From the NCBI GenBank assembly GCA_963705255.1, contig OY970061.1, positions 1,152,001 to 1,216,000 on the forward strand: 64,000 nucleotides of DNA, read 5' to 3'. Positions within the stretch are counted from its first letter, which is position 1. Each line of letters begins with the position of its first letter. Positions 1 to 11,131 of this stretch are shown here, in pieces. Source of the stretch: an uncultured Methanoregulaceae archaeon. GTDB taxonomy: Archaea > Halobacteriota > Methanomicrobia > Methanomicrobiales > Methanospirillaceae. The translations under genes and the position numbers were made by a program. The notes beneath the pieces are model-generated. The model was not told the origin of the DNA, did not search any database, and saw only the letters and a list, made by a program, of their open reading frames with translations.

Positions 1-542
1 CGCGGGGGACGATCTGCACAACCGTGGAATGCACCTGCGGTTTCGGGGAGAAGCAATGGGGCGGGAGCCTGAAGCACTGCCGGACCGCAGCATAGGTCTG
101 GACCATGATCGAGAGACCGCCCGCAGTCCTTCGTCCCGGCAGGGGCGACCATCCGTTCCGCGAACTCGCTCTGGTACATCAGGACGGCAACCTCAAACCC
201 GGTCTCCAGCAGCCGGAAGGTGATCTTGGACGAAACAGAATAGGGGAGGTTGGAGACCGATATCTGGAAAGGAGGGATCTCACAGCGGGTCGCGTCCCCA
301 TGCTGGAGCTTGAGCCGCCCCTCAGCGATCTCCTGAGAAAACGAGTCTGCGAGTTGCCCGCAGAGCAGTCCGTCCAGTTCTATGGCATGGACAATGGCAC
401 CCCGGTCGAGCAGGGCACGGGTGAGCGCCCCGTTTCCCGGCCCGATCTCGAGCACCCGCTTCCCCCGCACATCCACAAGGTCCGCTATGCGGTTCACCGC
501 ATGGGGATCGATGAGGAAGTGCTGGTCGTGGCGCGCTTTCAT
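1..542 (-). CDS. rsmA: 16S rRNA adenine dimethyltransferase (KsgA/Dim1), 3' end runs off the window
   Basis: Manual translation from ATG at 542: MKARHDQHFLID...VLEIGPGNGALT...SNLPYSVSSKITF...MYQSEFAERM; ATGA overlap with the upstream DUF655 gene. Confidence 0.93.
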   Translation of the reverse strand, partial: MKARHDQHFLIDPHAVNRIADLVDVRGKRVLEIGPGNGALTRALLDRGAIVHAIELDGLLCGQLADSFSQEIAEGRLKLQHGDATRCEIPPFQISVSNLPYSVSSKITFRLLETGFEVAVLMYQSEFAERMVAPAGTKDCGRSLDHGPDLCCGPAVLQAPAPLLLPETAGAFHGCADRPP

Positions 543-1103
543 TTCGTGGTGAATACGTGGTACTTTACGTCCTTGTCCTGGAGCTCTTCGAGAATCCGGG
601 CATGGATCATCTTCTCCGGGTGCGGGATGGACTTGATTCTCGCGGATATGTCTGCAAAATTTGCAAATGGCCTTTTATTGCGCTCCTCAAGGATCTCCCA
701 CATCAGACTTCTTGCCGATGCCCGGGAGCAGGTGGAGCATGTGGAGCTTGGGCGTGATCGAGATCGCCTTGTTGAAGAAGGCGACAAAGTCAGGCTCGCG
801 GTCTTTTATCACCTTCTCGATGATGAACGGGAGCTCGCCTTTCGCGGTATGCGTCAGCTCGTCGTACCCGATCCTGCGCTTGACACGCTCGATCTTCTCC
901 CGCTCGGCATCGCCGATATAGACTTTCTCGTGGAGCTCTATCCTGACCGTTGGTTTCGGAACAAGCTCCAGAAGCTTGAACTGTTCGAGGCCCATCGCCT
1001 GCACGATCGGCTCTCTCTTAAAAGGGGGGCGGGGATCATCAGGGTGCCCCTTCATCAGCACATCCAGTACGATCGCGTTGATCTCTTTTTTCTCCGCCTT
1101 CAT
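539..1103 (-). CDS. DUF655 putative nucleic-acid-binding protein (frameshift near 705, likely sequencing error)
   Basis: ORFs 687..1112 and 539..787 join as LHLLPGIGKK|LMWEILEER (HhH motif); conserved position between rpo4 and rsmA. Confidence 0.9.
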
Positions 1104-1113
1104 GTGCCACACC

Positions 1114-1473
1114 TCAGAAGTGTGTCGTTACCAGTTCGATGATTGAATCGATCTCTTCAGGAGTCAAGGTGTACCGCTCTTTTGCAAAGATCGCCCGCAC
1201 TTCGTCGCGGGTCTTCGGCATGATATTGGCAATACGGTACGCGATCTCCGGTTTCATCTTCTCCATCTTGGAGAGCCCGGCCACGAGATCCTTTGCCTTT
1301 TCGGGAGTGGTCTTTGCAAGCTGATTGGCATGCTCGATACTGCGCCGGAACTCGTAGGACATCTCCTTCTCGGCAGCGATCCTCTCGGACTCGACGCCTA
1401 AGAGGACGCTGCGCATCTCGGGGAGCGTGACCTTCTCTTCGCTAATAATACCCTTTACTTTGATGCCAATCAC
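1114..1473 (-). CDS. rpo4: RNA polymerase subunit Rpo4 (F)
   Basis: IANIMPKTRDEVRAIFAKE HRDC-like motif; follows rpl21e. Confidence 0.93.
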   Translation of the reverse strand: MIGIKVKGIISEEKVTLPEMRSVLLGVESERIAAEKEMSYEFRRSIEHANQLAKTTPEKAKDLVAGLSKMEKMKPEIAYRIANIMPKTRDEVRAIFAKERYTLTPEEIDSIIELVTTHF

Positions 1474-1485
1474 CTGACAGTGAAT

Positions 1486-1776
1486 TTACTTTTGTGCTTT
1501 TAGATGTTGTGGTCTTGCAATGACGACCTTGTCAGCGTCGCCGTCGCGGATCGTCAGCATCCATGCACGCCCGCGCTGGCCGATGACGGTCCCGGTCTTC
1601 CCGTGGAAGCGGCGGTGGGGCATCCCCTTCTGGATGCTCGGCTCAACGACAACGTGGACCCGGTCGCCGACCTCGAACTTCTGGATGACCGACGTTACCG
1701 GCGGCAGGCCGCGCTTTCTCAACTCTTTCTTGAATTTATACCGTGTCTTCTTTCGTGGACCATTGTGGTGTGCCAT
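1486..1776 (-). CDS. rpl21e: 50S ribosomal protein L21e
   Basis: KGMPHRRFHGKTGTV and RPQHLK signatures. Confidence 0.97.
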   Translation of the reverse strand: MAHHNGPRKKTRYKFKKELRKRGLPPVTSVIQKFEVGDRVHVVVEPSIQKGMPHRRFHGKTGTVIGQRGRAWMLTIRDGDADKVVIARPQHLKAQK

Positions 1777-1777
1777 C

Positions 1778-3010
1778 TTATTCTCCCTCCTGTGCTCCTT
1801 CGACCTGCGTGACGTCGAGGCTGGTGACGCGGGCTGCTCGTTTCAGGATCTCGGCAAGACTCGGACGGGTTCTGCCTGAGTCCCCGGATACGAGTTCCTT
1901 GATGTAGAGGCCGGCTTCGCCCAGGACTTCGACAACAAATCTGCCGTCCTGCTGCCCCACATACTCGATATCGAGGACTTTCCGCTCACGGACCTTGTCG
2001 GCTCTCCGGTGAGCGACCCTCTCGGGCGTGCGCTGCTGTATTGTGACGCCCTGCAAGGTTTTTGCGGCTTTTGCGAACTCATCCGCTGATAATTCGCCGT
2101 CAACCTCGACCAGGATCCTGTATTTTTTATGCGCTTTGTTTGATTTAAGGGTTTCCACCTCCCCACGGTCGCTCCAGCGTTTTATCGCAACGGAAACCCG
2201 CCCTTCTGCGGTCCGGTTGATCTCCGCTTCGAGGGCAGCAAGGTCCAGCGATCGTTTTTTCGGAGCGACGACCTCAAGGATGAACGGCCTGCCGGTCCCG
2301 ATCATCCGGGCGTCGATATCTTCCCTGCCCGCACCGTGCAGAACCGCGTTCTGCGCATCGAATGCTGCAATGACCGGCCTCCCGATCAGCTCCTCTACAG
2401 AGTCAAGATACTGCGCACCGGTGAAGTTGCACTTCTCGCAGCCGGCACCCTTGCAGGCCCGGCAGTCCCAGTGGGTCTGGGGGATCCCCCGCTCGAACTT
2501 CCGGTACCTGCCGTAGAAGAAGACCGAGTTGACCTGCACTTCAACCGCACCTGAAGCGGGGTCGAGGATCGCGACGACATCGGGTTTCTTGAAGTCCACG
2601 ACTTTTCCGGTCCGGGCCGACACCGCCTTGCCGACTTCCCGGTTCACTTCAGATTTGAACGGCTCGGGCTCGGCAAGCGAGAGGTCGCTCCAGACCATCT
2701 CCTCGTTCTCGGCCACGAGCGGCGGGACGCGGCAGCCGACGAGGAACGTAGAGTATTCAATACCCTTCGTGGCCTCGATCACCCGATCGGCCCAGAGCGG
2801 GACATCGTCGAAGAAGTTCCCGCAGACCCAGCAGGTCCCGCTGAACCTCGCGTAGGGCTGGTTGTCCGCAAGGGCGATGGCGATCTTCAGCCCGCGCCCG
2901 CGTTCGTCGTTCGAGAGCCCGTGCGAGCGTTTGCCGAAGAACCGCCCGAGGCAGTGGTCGCAGCATTCCCCATAGGCAAGGATCGCCTTTGCCTGTTCAT
3001 TTATTTCCAT
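1778..3010 (-). CDS. pus10: tRNA pseudouridine(54/55) synthase Pus10
   Basis: CDHCLGR zinc site, GIPQTHW, catalytic GREDIDARM, GLYIKELVSGD. Confidence 0.95.
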   Translation of the reverse strand: MEINEQAKAILAYGECCDHCLGRFFGKRSHGLSNDERGRGLKIAIALADNQPYARFSGTCWVCGNFFDDVPLWADRVIEATKGIEYSTFLVGCRVPPLVAENEEMVWSDLSLAEPEPFKSEVNREVGKAVSARTGKVVDFKKPDVVAILDPASGAVEVQVNSVFFYGRYRKFERGIPQTHWDCRACKGAGCEKCNFTGAQYLDSVEELIGRPVIAAFDAQNAVLHGAGREDIDARMIGTGRPFILEVVAPKKRSLDLAALEAEINRTAEGRVSVAIKRWSDRGEVETLKSNKAHKKYRILVEVDGELSADEFAKAAKTLQGVTIQQRTPERVAHRRADKVRERKVLDIEYVGQQDGRFVVEVLGEAGLYIKELVSGDSGRTRPSLAEILKRAARVTSLDVTQVEGAQEGE

Positions 3011-3579
3011 CCGCATCTCCTCCTGTCCAGCTCGTTCTGCAGCACCGTGATCGCGTGATCGGCATGCAGGCACTTCGGCCCTACGGAATACCTCGGGCAG
3101 GCTCCGGTCAGCCCGGTCTCCTGTTCCGTGAAGTTCAGGTGATCCGAGAGGAGGTATGCCGCCGGCAGGTCCTGCACCGTCCTGATATCGGTCCCGTTCT
3201 CGTCCAGCACGGCAAACGCATGTTCGGTCATGAGGCGTTCAAGGCCCCCTTTCCGGATGGAGACGCCATCGGCAGCTTCCCGGAACTCGCTCCCGCACGG
3301 AGTGTCGATCACTTTCCTGATGAGGGCTCCGGCACTCCGCTCGTCCGGGGAGAGCGAACGGACCGAGGCCCCGGAGAATTTCACGGTCTTCGGCCCGGCC
3401 GGCGCCCCGAGGAGCACGAGATAACAGTCAGCATCCCTGCGCAGATCGTGCGAGAGGAAGAGGGAAGCGTTCACGCAGCGGCAGAGCACGTCCATCCTCC
3501 CGCCGCTGCCCGGCAGGTCGTTCAGGGAGAAGCCCCGGTCCGTCCGGGCAAGGTGCCCGATGATGGCGAACGTCGTCAT
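3001..3579 (-). CDS. trmY: tRNA (pseudouridine54-N1)-methyltransferase
   Basis: SLNDLPGSGGRMDVLCRC, PDERS, LSDH, SVGPKCLHADH SPOUT motifs; adjacent to pus10. Confidence 0.93.
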   Translation of the reverse strand: MTTFAIIGHLARTDRGFSLNDLPGSGGRMDVLCRCVNASLFLSHDLRRDADCYLVLLGAPAGPKTVKFSGASVRSLSPDERSAGALIRKVIDTPCGSEFREAADGVSIRKGGLERLMTEHAFAVLDENGTDIRTVQDLPAAYLLSDHLNFTEQETGLTGACPRYSVGPKCLHADHAITVLQNELDRRRCGWK

Positions 3580-3580
3580 C

Positions 3581-4902
3581 TCACTGCATTCCGGAGAAGC
3601 GCTTCATCAGGCGCTGCATGTTGAATTTCCCGCCCCCGCCCCGGAGTCCCTTGAGGGTGCGCTGCATCATCTTGTAGTATTTCAGGAGCTCCCGCACCTC
3701 GTCCGGCGTGGCGCCTGCCCCGTGGGCGATCCGCTGCATGCGGGAACTGCTGATGAGGGCAGGGTCGTCAGACTCCGTTGCCGTCATCGAGTCCATGATG
3801 ATCCGGTACCGCACCATCTTGGTGCTCGTGACATCGTAGACGCCTTCGGGAAGCTGCATGTTCCCGAGCGGCAGCATGCCCATGATCTGCTTCAGGGGGC
3901 CCATCTTGTTGAGCGCCTCGAGCTGCTTGTACATGTCGCGGAGAGTGAACTTCCCCTTCATCATGGAGTTGACATCCACGTCATCAGGGTTGATCGCCTC
4001 GCTCGCCCGTTCGACCAGCGCCTTCAGGTCGCCCATGCCGAGGAGACGGGAGATGAACCCGTCGGGATCGAACCGCTCGAGATCCTCGATCGTCTCGCCG
4101 CTCCCGATGAAGGCGATCCCGCTCTTGGTCTCCGCCACTGCGGACATGGCGCCCCCGCCCTTTGCGGTTCCGTCCATCTTGGTGATGATGACCCCGTCGA
4201 TGCCGATCGCCTCGTGGAACCGCCGGGCCTGCTCGCTCGCCTGCTGGCCGAGCGCCGCGTCGATCACGAGCCAGCGGTGGGTGGCCTTCGTGAGCACGTT
4301 CAGCTCGATGATCTCACGGATGAGGTCGGCCTCGAGCGCGTGGCGGCCCTGGGTATCGACGATGATCAGTTCGAGGTCCCCGAAGGCCTCGAGCCCCTCG
4401 CGGGTTATCTTGAGGGCGTCCTTCTCCTGAGGGTTGCCGAAACACGGGACATTGATCCTGCTGCAGAGCGTCGAGATCTGGTCGAAGGCCCCCGGTCGGA
4501 AGGTGTCGGCGCAGATCACGCCGACTTTCATCCCCTTCTTCTGGAAATAGCGGGCGAGCTTTGCCGTGGTCGTGGTCTTGCCGCTCCCCTGCAGGCCGGC
4601 CATGAGGATGGTCTGGGGTTCGAGCCTTACATCGGTAGACGCCCAGACGAGCCGGACGAGTTCCTGGTACACGATGCGGAGCACATGCTCCCGCACGTTC
4701 ATGCCCTTGGGGGGTTCCTCCTCGAGAGACCGGGTCCGGATCGCCTTCGAGACTCCATGACGAGCCTGACGTTGACATCGGCGGAGATCAGCGCCCGCTG
4801 GAGGTCTTTTACCAGCTCGTCGACTGCCGCACGGTCGACCACGGTCCTGCCCGCGAGTTTCTTGAGCGCATCCTTGAGGGACGACGAGAGGCCATCGAGC
4901 AT
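3581..4902 (-). CDS. srp54: Signal recognition particle protein SRP54 (frameshift near 4752)
   Basis: [33 protein letters not shown] and Met-rich M domain; N-terminus [16 protein letters not shown] is in ORF 4699..4902. Confidence 0.95.
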
Positions 4903-5969
4903 CAGGCACCGCCCTCCAGCAGTTCGTCTACCACTTTTGCCGGCTCGAACGGGATGATATCGGTATATGCCTGCCCGGTGCCGATGAACATGAGCGGTTT
5001 TCCGATCGTGTGGGCGATCGAGATGGCTGCACCTCCGCGGGAGTCCATGTCGGCCTTGGTGAGGACCACGGCATCCGCCCCGATGGTCCGGTCGAACTCG
5101 GACGCCCGGGTCACGGCATCGTTCCCCGCCACCGCTTCGTCCACGTATACTACGAGATCGGGCTTCATGACGCGCTTGATCTTGTCCAGCTGGTTCATCA
5201 GGTTTGCCTTGGTATGGAACCTCCCGGCAGTATCGGCCAGCACGACATCGATCTTGTGGGAGGAGGCGTACTGCACGGTATCGAAGAGGACCGCGGAAGG
5301 GTCGGCGCCTTCCTGGTGCTGGATGACCTTGATCCCGAGGCGTCCGGCATGCACGCCGATCTGTTCGATGGCGCCGGCACGGTACGTGTCCCCGGCACCG
5401 ATTACAACCGTGAACCCCTGCCCCTTGAGATATGCCCCGATCTTGGCTACTGTCGTGGTCTTTCCGGTCCCGTTCACACCGGTGAAGAGGATCTTGACCG
5501 GGCGGTCGTGGGTTCTGATGTAGCCGCCGAGGTCGAACCCGCTGCCCAGTACCTCGAGCAGGGCCGATTTGAGGGCGCCGAGCACGAGAGCGTCGACCGA
5601 TTCGCCAATCTTCCGGTGTCTTCCGACCAGGTTCTTCCGGACTCCGGCAATGATTGCGTCGGTGGCCGGCAGGGCCACGTCGCTCTCAAGCAGGGTCATC
5701 TCGAGCTCGGAGAGAGCGTCTGCCACGTCCCTCTCGGAGACTACCAGCTCGCGGTCCCGGATGAGGACCCTGACCTTGTCCACGAAGCCCGTGGATGCGG
5801 AAGCAGGGGCGGGCCTGCCCTCATCAGGCCGATCCTCCTGCACAGGACCCGGGGCAGCAGCCTGCTGCGCTTCCTGACCCTCCGGCTCCTGGGATGCGGC
5901 AGCGGCCTGGAGGCTGCTCCCGAGCCGGTCCCGTGCAGCCTGCAGCTTCTCGCGAAGACCCGCGAACAT
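4902..5969 (-). CDS. ftsY: SRP receptor FtsY
   Basis: [36 protein letters not shown]. Confidence 0.96.
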   Translation of the reverse strand: MFAGLREKLQAARDRLGSSLQAAAASQEPEGQEAQQAAAPGPVQEDRPDEGRPAPASASTGFVDKVRVLIRDRELVVSERDVADALSELEMTLLESDVALPATDAIIAGVRKNLVGRHRKIGESVDALVLGALKSALLEVLGSGFDLGGYIRTHDRPVKILFTGVNGTGKTTTVAKIGAYLKGQGFTVVIGAGDTYRAGAIEQIGVHAGRLGIKVIQHQEGADPSAVLFDTVQYASSHKIDVVLADTAGRFHTKANLMNQLDKIKRVMKPDLVVYVDEAVAGNDAVTRASEFDRTIGADAVVLTKADMDSRGGAAISIAHTIGKPLMFIGTGQAYTDIIPFEPAKVVDELLEGGA

Positions 5970-5986
5970 GTTCTTCGGTAACCCCG

Positions 5987-6436
5987 TTATTCCCCGTACT
6001 GCTCTGCCGCTGCCTGCTGGTAGCCCGACTCGATCCTCTTGTTGATCTCATTCATCTGGGACCGCAGCCGGTCAAGAGCATCGGCAACCTTCTTTGCGGA
6101 GGCTTCCATCTCCATGATCCGTTCTTTCAGGAACTCGACGGCGTCCCTGTTCGTCCGCTCGACAACCACTTCAGCGCCGATCGCAATGAGGATTTTCTCC
6201 GGTTCAAGGACTTTTGCCCGGACGCTCGCCCCGCCGCCGATCTGGAGGAGGACGGTGCTGTCCTCAGAAGCGAGCATGGCTTCGAGGGACTCGATGGCCG
6301 CAAGTGCCTCCATCCTCCCGTTTTCCAGCAGCTGAAGCTGGTTGACAAAAATCTCTGCCTGCTGCCCGTATTCCTGAAGATAGTTCTGGAGCGTCAGCAA
6401 TTCGCGCTGGTCCATCGGTTGCATCTTATCTGCCAA
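5987..6436 (-). CDS. pfdA: Prefoldin alpha subunit
   Basis: Coiled coil-beta hairpin-coiled coil with LLQIGGG and IGAEVVVE; upstream of ftsY. Confidence 0.93.
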   Translation of the reverse strand: MADKMQPMDQRELLTLQNYLQEYGQQAEIFVNQLQLLENGRMEALAAIESLEAMLASEDSTVLLQIGGGASVRAKVLEPEKILIAIGAEVVVERTNRDAVEFLKERIMEMEASAKKVADALDRLRSQMNEINKRIESGYQQAAAEQYGE

Positions 6437-6570
6437 AATCCGCCACTCCCAAAAATCAATGCTGCCTGGATAGTCCTGACTCCTGATATGTATGTTCCAT
6501 CACCATAAATACATCATGATGGAAGTGTGAGGGGAAGGAGGGGCTCCTCCAAAGCCGTCCCCCGCAGGGA

Positions 6571-7665
6571 TCAGGAAGTTTTCCGCGGGTCTTTTCCGGT
6601 AAACCGGTATTTTCCTTTCGGCACGGAGATCTCGAACCTGGCCCCCATGCCGTAGGTGCCCGACTCTTTTATCGAGAACCCTGATATGGTGAGGATCTCC
6701 TGTGAGAGGAAGAGCCCGAGCCCGGTATTTTTCCCGAACCCTCTCTCGAAGATCTTCTGCTTCTCCTCTTCATGGACGCCAACACCGTCGTCATCGTAGA
6801 CAAGTGCGATATCGCCAAGGCCGTACTTGAGGGAGGAGATCGCGATGTGCCGGACCCGTTCACCATGGCGGAGGGAGTTGTCGACAAGGTTCTCGAATAC
6901 TTTCACCAGCAGGGGATCGGCAAACACTTCAAGCCCGGGCAGGTCGATGTGCAGGTCCACCCGTCCTTCGGGTAACAACGAGGACAGCGGCTTCAGAACG
7001 GCGGACAGGTCCTGCCACTCGGGTGCCCGGACGCCGATCTCCTCGTAATTCCTGGTGAACTCGATCTGCCGCCGGATGGTCTGGGCCGCTGCCTCTTCCT
7101 TTTCGATATAGCGCAGGACATCCGGGTCGGTGACCTTCACCTTCGAGAGTTCGAGGAACCCCACGACCGCCTGGAGCTGGTTCTTGATGTCGTGGCGGGT
7201 GACGCTGGAGAGGAGCTGCAGTTTCCGGTTGGCATTCGCAAACGCCTGCTCGGAAAATTTCAGCCGTTCGTTCACCTCTGCAAGGCTGCACATCCTGACC
7301 TCGAGCTCATCCCGGTAACAGTTCATCATCTCCACGACCGATCCGACGATAAATGCGACCAGGATCAGCATCAGGGCCCGGAGGATCGCGTCGGGGGTGA
7401 TGGATCCGGCCAGGACCCACGAGACCGCAATATGGAGGACACCGAAGAACAGTGCCACCCAGATCGCCTTCCGGCCGTACCAGAGCCCTGCGACGACAAT
7501 GATGAGGTAGTAAAAATGGGTATAGACGATGGAGATTTTCAGGAGGTAGTGGATCACCAGCTCGAACCCGAGCCCGGCAAGGATGAGGATTGCAAGCGCG
7601 TACGGTTTCACCGAGTCCAGCGCCTTCCACCACGAACCGGCTCTCGCGCAGAGATCCATCTTCAC
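6571..7665 (-). CDS. Membrane sensor histidine kinase
   Basis: About 4 N-terminal TM helices; H-box TRHDIKNQL; ENLVDNSLRHG, DDGVG, GKNTGLGL. Confidence 0.9.
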   Translation of the reverse strand: MKMDLCARAGSWWKALDSVKPYALAILILAGLGFELVIHYLLKISIVYTHFYYLIIVVAGLWYGRKAIWVALFFGVLHIAVSWVLAGSITPDAILRALMLILVAFIVGSVVEMMNCYRDELEVRMCSLAEVNERLKFSEQAFANANRKLQLLSSVTRHDIKNQLQAVVGFLELSKVKVTDPDVLRYIEKEEAAAQTIRRQIEFTRNYEEIGVRAPEWQDLSAVLKPLSSLLPEGRVDLHIDLPGLEVFADPLLVKVFENLVDNSLRHGERVRHIAISSLKYGLGDIALVYDDDGVGVHEEEKQKIFERGFGKNTGLGLFLSQEILTISGFSIKESGTYGMGARFEISVPKGKYRFTGKDPRKTS

Positions 7666-7900
7666 CTGTCCACCTGTCGTACTGGTATTCTGAGTGGTTT
7701 GGGGGGTATGTACATGTATTTATCGCTCCGGGCCTCCTGCACTGCAATCGGGAACCAGATGGAACAGACGCCGTTTTTTCCTCAGGGGGCCCGGCTCTCA
7801 TCTTCGCCCGGCCCTGCCCGGCTCCCACGTTTATAATACTCCACAGACAAAATTACACAACAGATCCTGCGGTAAACCAATACGCGGTGGGGGATATGAG

Positions 7901-9343
7901 ATGGAATTCAGGAACAAGGTTTTGATCATCGGGTATGGGGCGGTCTCCAAGTGCATGTTCCCCATCCTGCTCCGGCACGTGAACATCCCCCTGGAGAATA
8001 TCACCATCGTCGACTTCAAGGACAAGTCGGCGGACCTCAAGGCCTGGACCACCCGGGGCCTTCAGTTTTTCAAGAAGAGAGTCAGCCCGAAGAACCTGGG
8101 CGAGACCCTCTCCGAGTACCTTGCACCCGGCGGGCTCCTGATCGACCTCGCGTGGAACATCGACTGCTGCGAGATCGTCCAGTGGTGCCACGAGAACAAC
8201 GTGCTGTATGTCAATACCTCGGTCGAGGTCTGGGACCCCGATGCGGAGAAGTTCACGGCGACCCCGTACGAGAAGACGCTCTATTTCCGGCAGATGAAAC
8301 TGATGGAGCTGACCCGGGACTGGAAGGATGCCACCACCTGCGTGGTCGACCACGGCGCCAACCCGGGCCTGATCTCCCATTTTGCCAAGCACGGCCTTGT
8401 CGATATTGCGGGGCGGATGGTCACCGACGGGATCGCGCCGGACCCGGAGCGGATCCTTACCCTTATCAAAAATCAGGACTTTGCCTCGCTTGCCATGGAG
8501 ACCGGGGTCAAAGTCATCCACTGCTCGGAGCACGACACCCAGATCTCCCGCTCCCCCAAGAAAGTGGACGAGTTCGTCGGCACCTGGTGCATCGAAGGGC
8601 TCCGGGAAGAGGGCACCGCTCCCGCAGAGATCGGGTGGGGAACCCACGAGAAGGAACTCCCCGCCCGGGCGATCATCCCCCCCGTAGGCCCGAAGAACGG
8701 GATCCTCCTGCCCCGGATGGGGATCAACACCTGGGTACGGTCCTGGATCCCCTACCAGGAGATTGTCGGCATGGTCATCCGGCATGGCGAGGCGTTCGGC
8801 ATCTCCGACCGCTGGACGGTCTGGAAAGACGGCAAGGCGATCTACCGCCCGACGGTTCATTACGCCTACATGCCCTGCGATGCCACGATTGCATCCATCC
8901 AGGAACTGCGCGCAAGGAACTACGAGCTGCAGCCCAAACTGCGGATCATGAGCGACCGTGAGATCGTCTCGGGTGCCGACATTCTCGGGGCGCTCCTGAT
9001 GGGGCACCCCTACAACTCGTGGTGGACAGGCAGCATCCTTCCGATCGACGAGGCCAAGAAACTCGCGCCCGGCCAGAACGCGACCACGATCCAGGTCGCC
9101 CTTGGCGTGGTAAGTGCGGTGATGTGGATGATCGAGCACCCCCGGGAAGGGTTCTGCCTCCCCGATGACCTGCCGCACGAGTTCGTCCTCGAGATCGCAA
9201 AACCGTATCTCGGCGAGTTCTGGTCCGGGCCGTCCGACTGGACGCCCCTGAAAAACCGCGTGGTCTACTTCAAGGAGAACCCGGAGAACGATTACGACCG
9301 GGAGGATATCTGGCAATTCAAAAACTTCTTATTCGTACAGTAA
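7901..9343 (+). CDS. hss: Homospermidine synthase
   Basis: IIGYGAV Rossmann motif, HGANPGLISHF, EFVGTWCIEG, YRPTVHYAY, QNATTIQV. Confidence 0.9.
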   Translation: MEFRNKVLIIGYGAVSKCMFPILLRHVNIPLENITIVDFKDKSADLKAWTTRGLQFFKKRVSPKNLGETLSEYLAPGGLLIDLAWNIDCCEIVQWCHENNVLYVNTSVEVWDPDAEKFTATPYEKTLYFRQMKLMELTRDWKDATTCVVDHGANPGLISHFAKHGLVDIAGRMVTDGIAPDPERILTLIKNQDFASLAMETGVKVIHCSEHDTQISRSPKKVDEFVGTWCIEGLREEGTAPAEIGWGTHEKELPARAIIPPVGPKNGILLPRMGINTWVRSWIPYQEIVGMVIRHGEAFGISDRWTVWKDGKAIYRPTVHYAYMPCDATIASIQELRARNYELQPKLRIMSDREIVSGADILGALLMGHPYNSWWTGSILPIDEAKKLAPGQNATTIQVALGVVSAVMWMIEHPREGFCLPDDLPHEFVLEIAKPYLGEFWSGPSDWTPLKNRVVYFKENPENDYDREDIWQFKNFLFVQ

Positions 9344-9355
9344 ATCAATCATATA

Positions 9356-10573
9356 ATGACAAAAACAGCGGTCGACACGAAAAAGAGGCGGAAGAAGAAA
9401 GGGAATGACGAGACTCCCGTCCACCATATCGGGAAGGCCCGGCTGGAACTCCTCCAGGTCCTTGCCCGCGAGCACGGGACACCCATCTTTGTTATCGATC
9501 ACGAGAAAATCCGGGAAAACTACCGGGAATTCCGGGAACACATGCCCGATGTCCAGATCTATTTTGCCGTCAAGGCCAATTCCAACCCCGAGATCGTCAA
9601 AACTCTCTACGACATGGGGTGCAGTTTCGACGTGGCGTCCATGCCCGAGTTCATGATCGTGTACGAGAACATCAAGACCATGCCCAAGAAGGAGCGCCTG
9701 GACTGGATCTGGGACAAGATCATCTATGCCAATACCATCAAGCCGATCGAGACCCTCGAGGCCCTCGACCAGTACAGGCCTCTCGTCACCTTCGACAACA
9801 TCTACGAGCTCCGGAAGATCAGCGAGCATGCCCCGCACGCCGGCCTCGTACTCAGGATCCGCGTGCCGAATACCGGCTCCATGGTCGAGCTCTCCTCCAA
9901 GTTCGGCGCCCACCCGGGCGAGGCGGTCGACCTGATCGTCTCGGCGTTCGACATGGGCCTCGAAGTAGAGGGGTTGAGTTTCCACGTGGGCAGCCAGTGC
10001 ACCAACTTCGAGAACTACATGCAGGCCCTCCAGCTCTCGGCAAATATCATCAGCGAAGTGGAGACCCGGACCGGGCGGAAGATCCGGATCCTCGATATCG
10101 GCGGCGGTTTCCCGGTGAAGTACCACCCCGGCATCCGCTCCATCCGGACGCTTGCCAGGAAACTGAACACCGAGATCAAACGCCTCTTCCCCAAAGACAT
10201 GCAGATCCTCGCGGAGCCCGGACGGTTCCTCGTGGCCAATACCTGCACGCTCGTCTCAAAGGTGGTCGGCAAGGCATTCCGCGACGGGAAGCCCTGCTAT
10301 TATATCAACGACGGGGTCTACCATACGTATTCAGGGCAGGTCTTCGATCACATCAATTACCCGGTCCTGCCGTTCAGGGATGGCGAGACGCAGATCTCGG
10401 CGGTCTTCGGCCCGACTTGTGACGCGTTCGATACGATAACCCTCTCTGCGGAACTGCCGGACCTCGATATCGGAGACCTTGTCTATTCCGAGAACATCGG
10501 TGCTTATTCCCACGCTTCGTCCACGTACTTCAACGGGTTCCCGCCCGCTAAAGTGGTGCATATCAACAAGTAA
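9356..10573 (+). CDS. Fold-III PLP-dependent ornithine/lysine/arginine decarboxylase
   Basis: YFAVKAN (PLP lysine), SFHVGSQ, LDIGGGF, AEPGRF, GPTCD, GAY. Confidence 0.92.
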   Translation: MTKTAVDTKKRRKKKGNDETPVHHIGKARLELLQVLAREHGTPIFVIDHEKIRENYREFREHMPDVQIYFAVKANSNPEIVKTLYDMGCSFDVASMPEFMIVYENIKTMPKKERLDWIWDKIIYANTIKPIETLEALDQYRPLVTFDNIYELRKISEHAPHAGLVLRIRVPNTGSMVELSSKFGAHPGEAVDLIVSAFDMGLEVEGLSFHVGSQCTNFENYMQALQLSANIISEVETRTGRKIRILDIGGGFPVKYHPGIRSIRTLARKLNTEIKRLFPKDMQILAEPGRFLVANTCTLVSKVVGKAFRDGKPCYYINDGVYHTYSGQVFDHINYPVLPFRDGETQISAVFGPTCDAFDTITLSAELPDLDIGDLVYSENIGAYSHASSTYFNGFPPAKVVHINK

Positions 10574-10582
10574 TTTTTTTTT
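10574..10582 (+). terminator. Oligo-T archaeal terminator after the decarboxylase
   Basis: Run of 9 T immediately after the TAA stop. Confidence 0.5.
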
Positions 10583-10631
10583 GCGCCGGATAACCAGCAA
10601 AAGTGCTCTAGAAATCATTGGAACGATATTC

Positions 10632-11075
10632 TGACGCTCTTGGGGGAGACCGATACGAAGTATCGGGCTGGAGAAGAGTCATCAGGCTCTTCGACTCGTA
10701 AATCCGCAGTCGAAGAATTCTGATGAATTCTTCTCCAATTAATCCTCGCTGTGTGACGAAGGAACACGAGAAGAGAGCCATAAGGCTCTCTTCGCTGATG
10801 CGACGATTAATTCCCCACCGCCAGGGCATCCCCCATAATGCGATAGTCACTCAGAAGGTTAGCGAGAAATTCCCGGGAGAACAGGAGGAATTAATAGATG
10901 GGGGTCAAGGGGGTGCACCCCTTGGGCTGATTGAGTAGTCATCAGACTACGAAATCGAGAAGATGCATCCGCATCTTCGCTGCCTCCCCCACTGGGGGAG
11001 AGAGAGGGTCACACTCATAGATTCCTCAGGTGGTTTACAAAAAATGAACACTGACAGGTTTTCTTCAGCGCAGAT
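10632..11075. repeat. Composite intergenic repeat (hairpin modules plus a copy of the ~190 bp element)
   Basis: 10632-10695 matches 60339-60402 at 62/64 nt; 10815-11075 is homologous to 34754-34938 and to the reverse complement of 54397-54637. Confidence 0.85.
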
Positions 11076-11131
11076 AAAAGCGATGATCATTTCAGGTTAT
11101 TTTTTTTACCCGGTAACGTCCACTACTCCCA

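Noticed and set aside
105-1142. Long antisense ORFs (also 3560..4957, 7853..9316, 29567..30763, 48150..49757)
   Set aside because: Shadow frames of real GC-rich genes on the opposite strand, with no motifs
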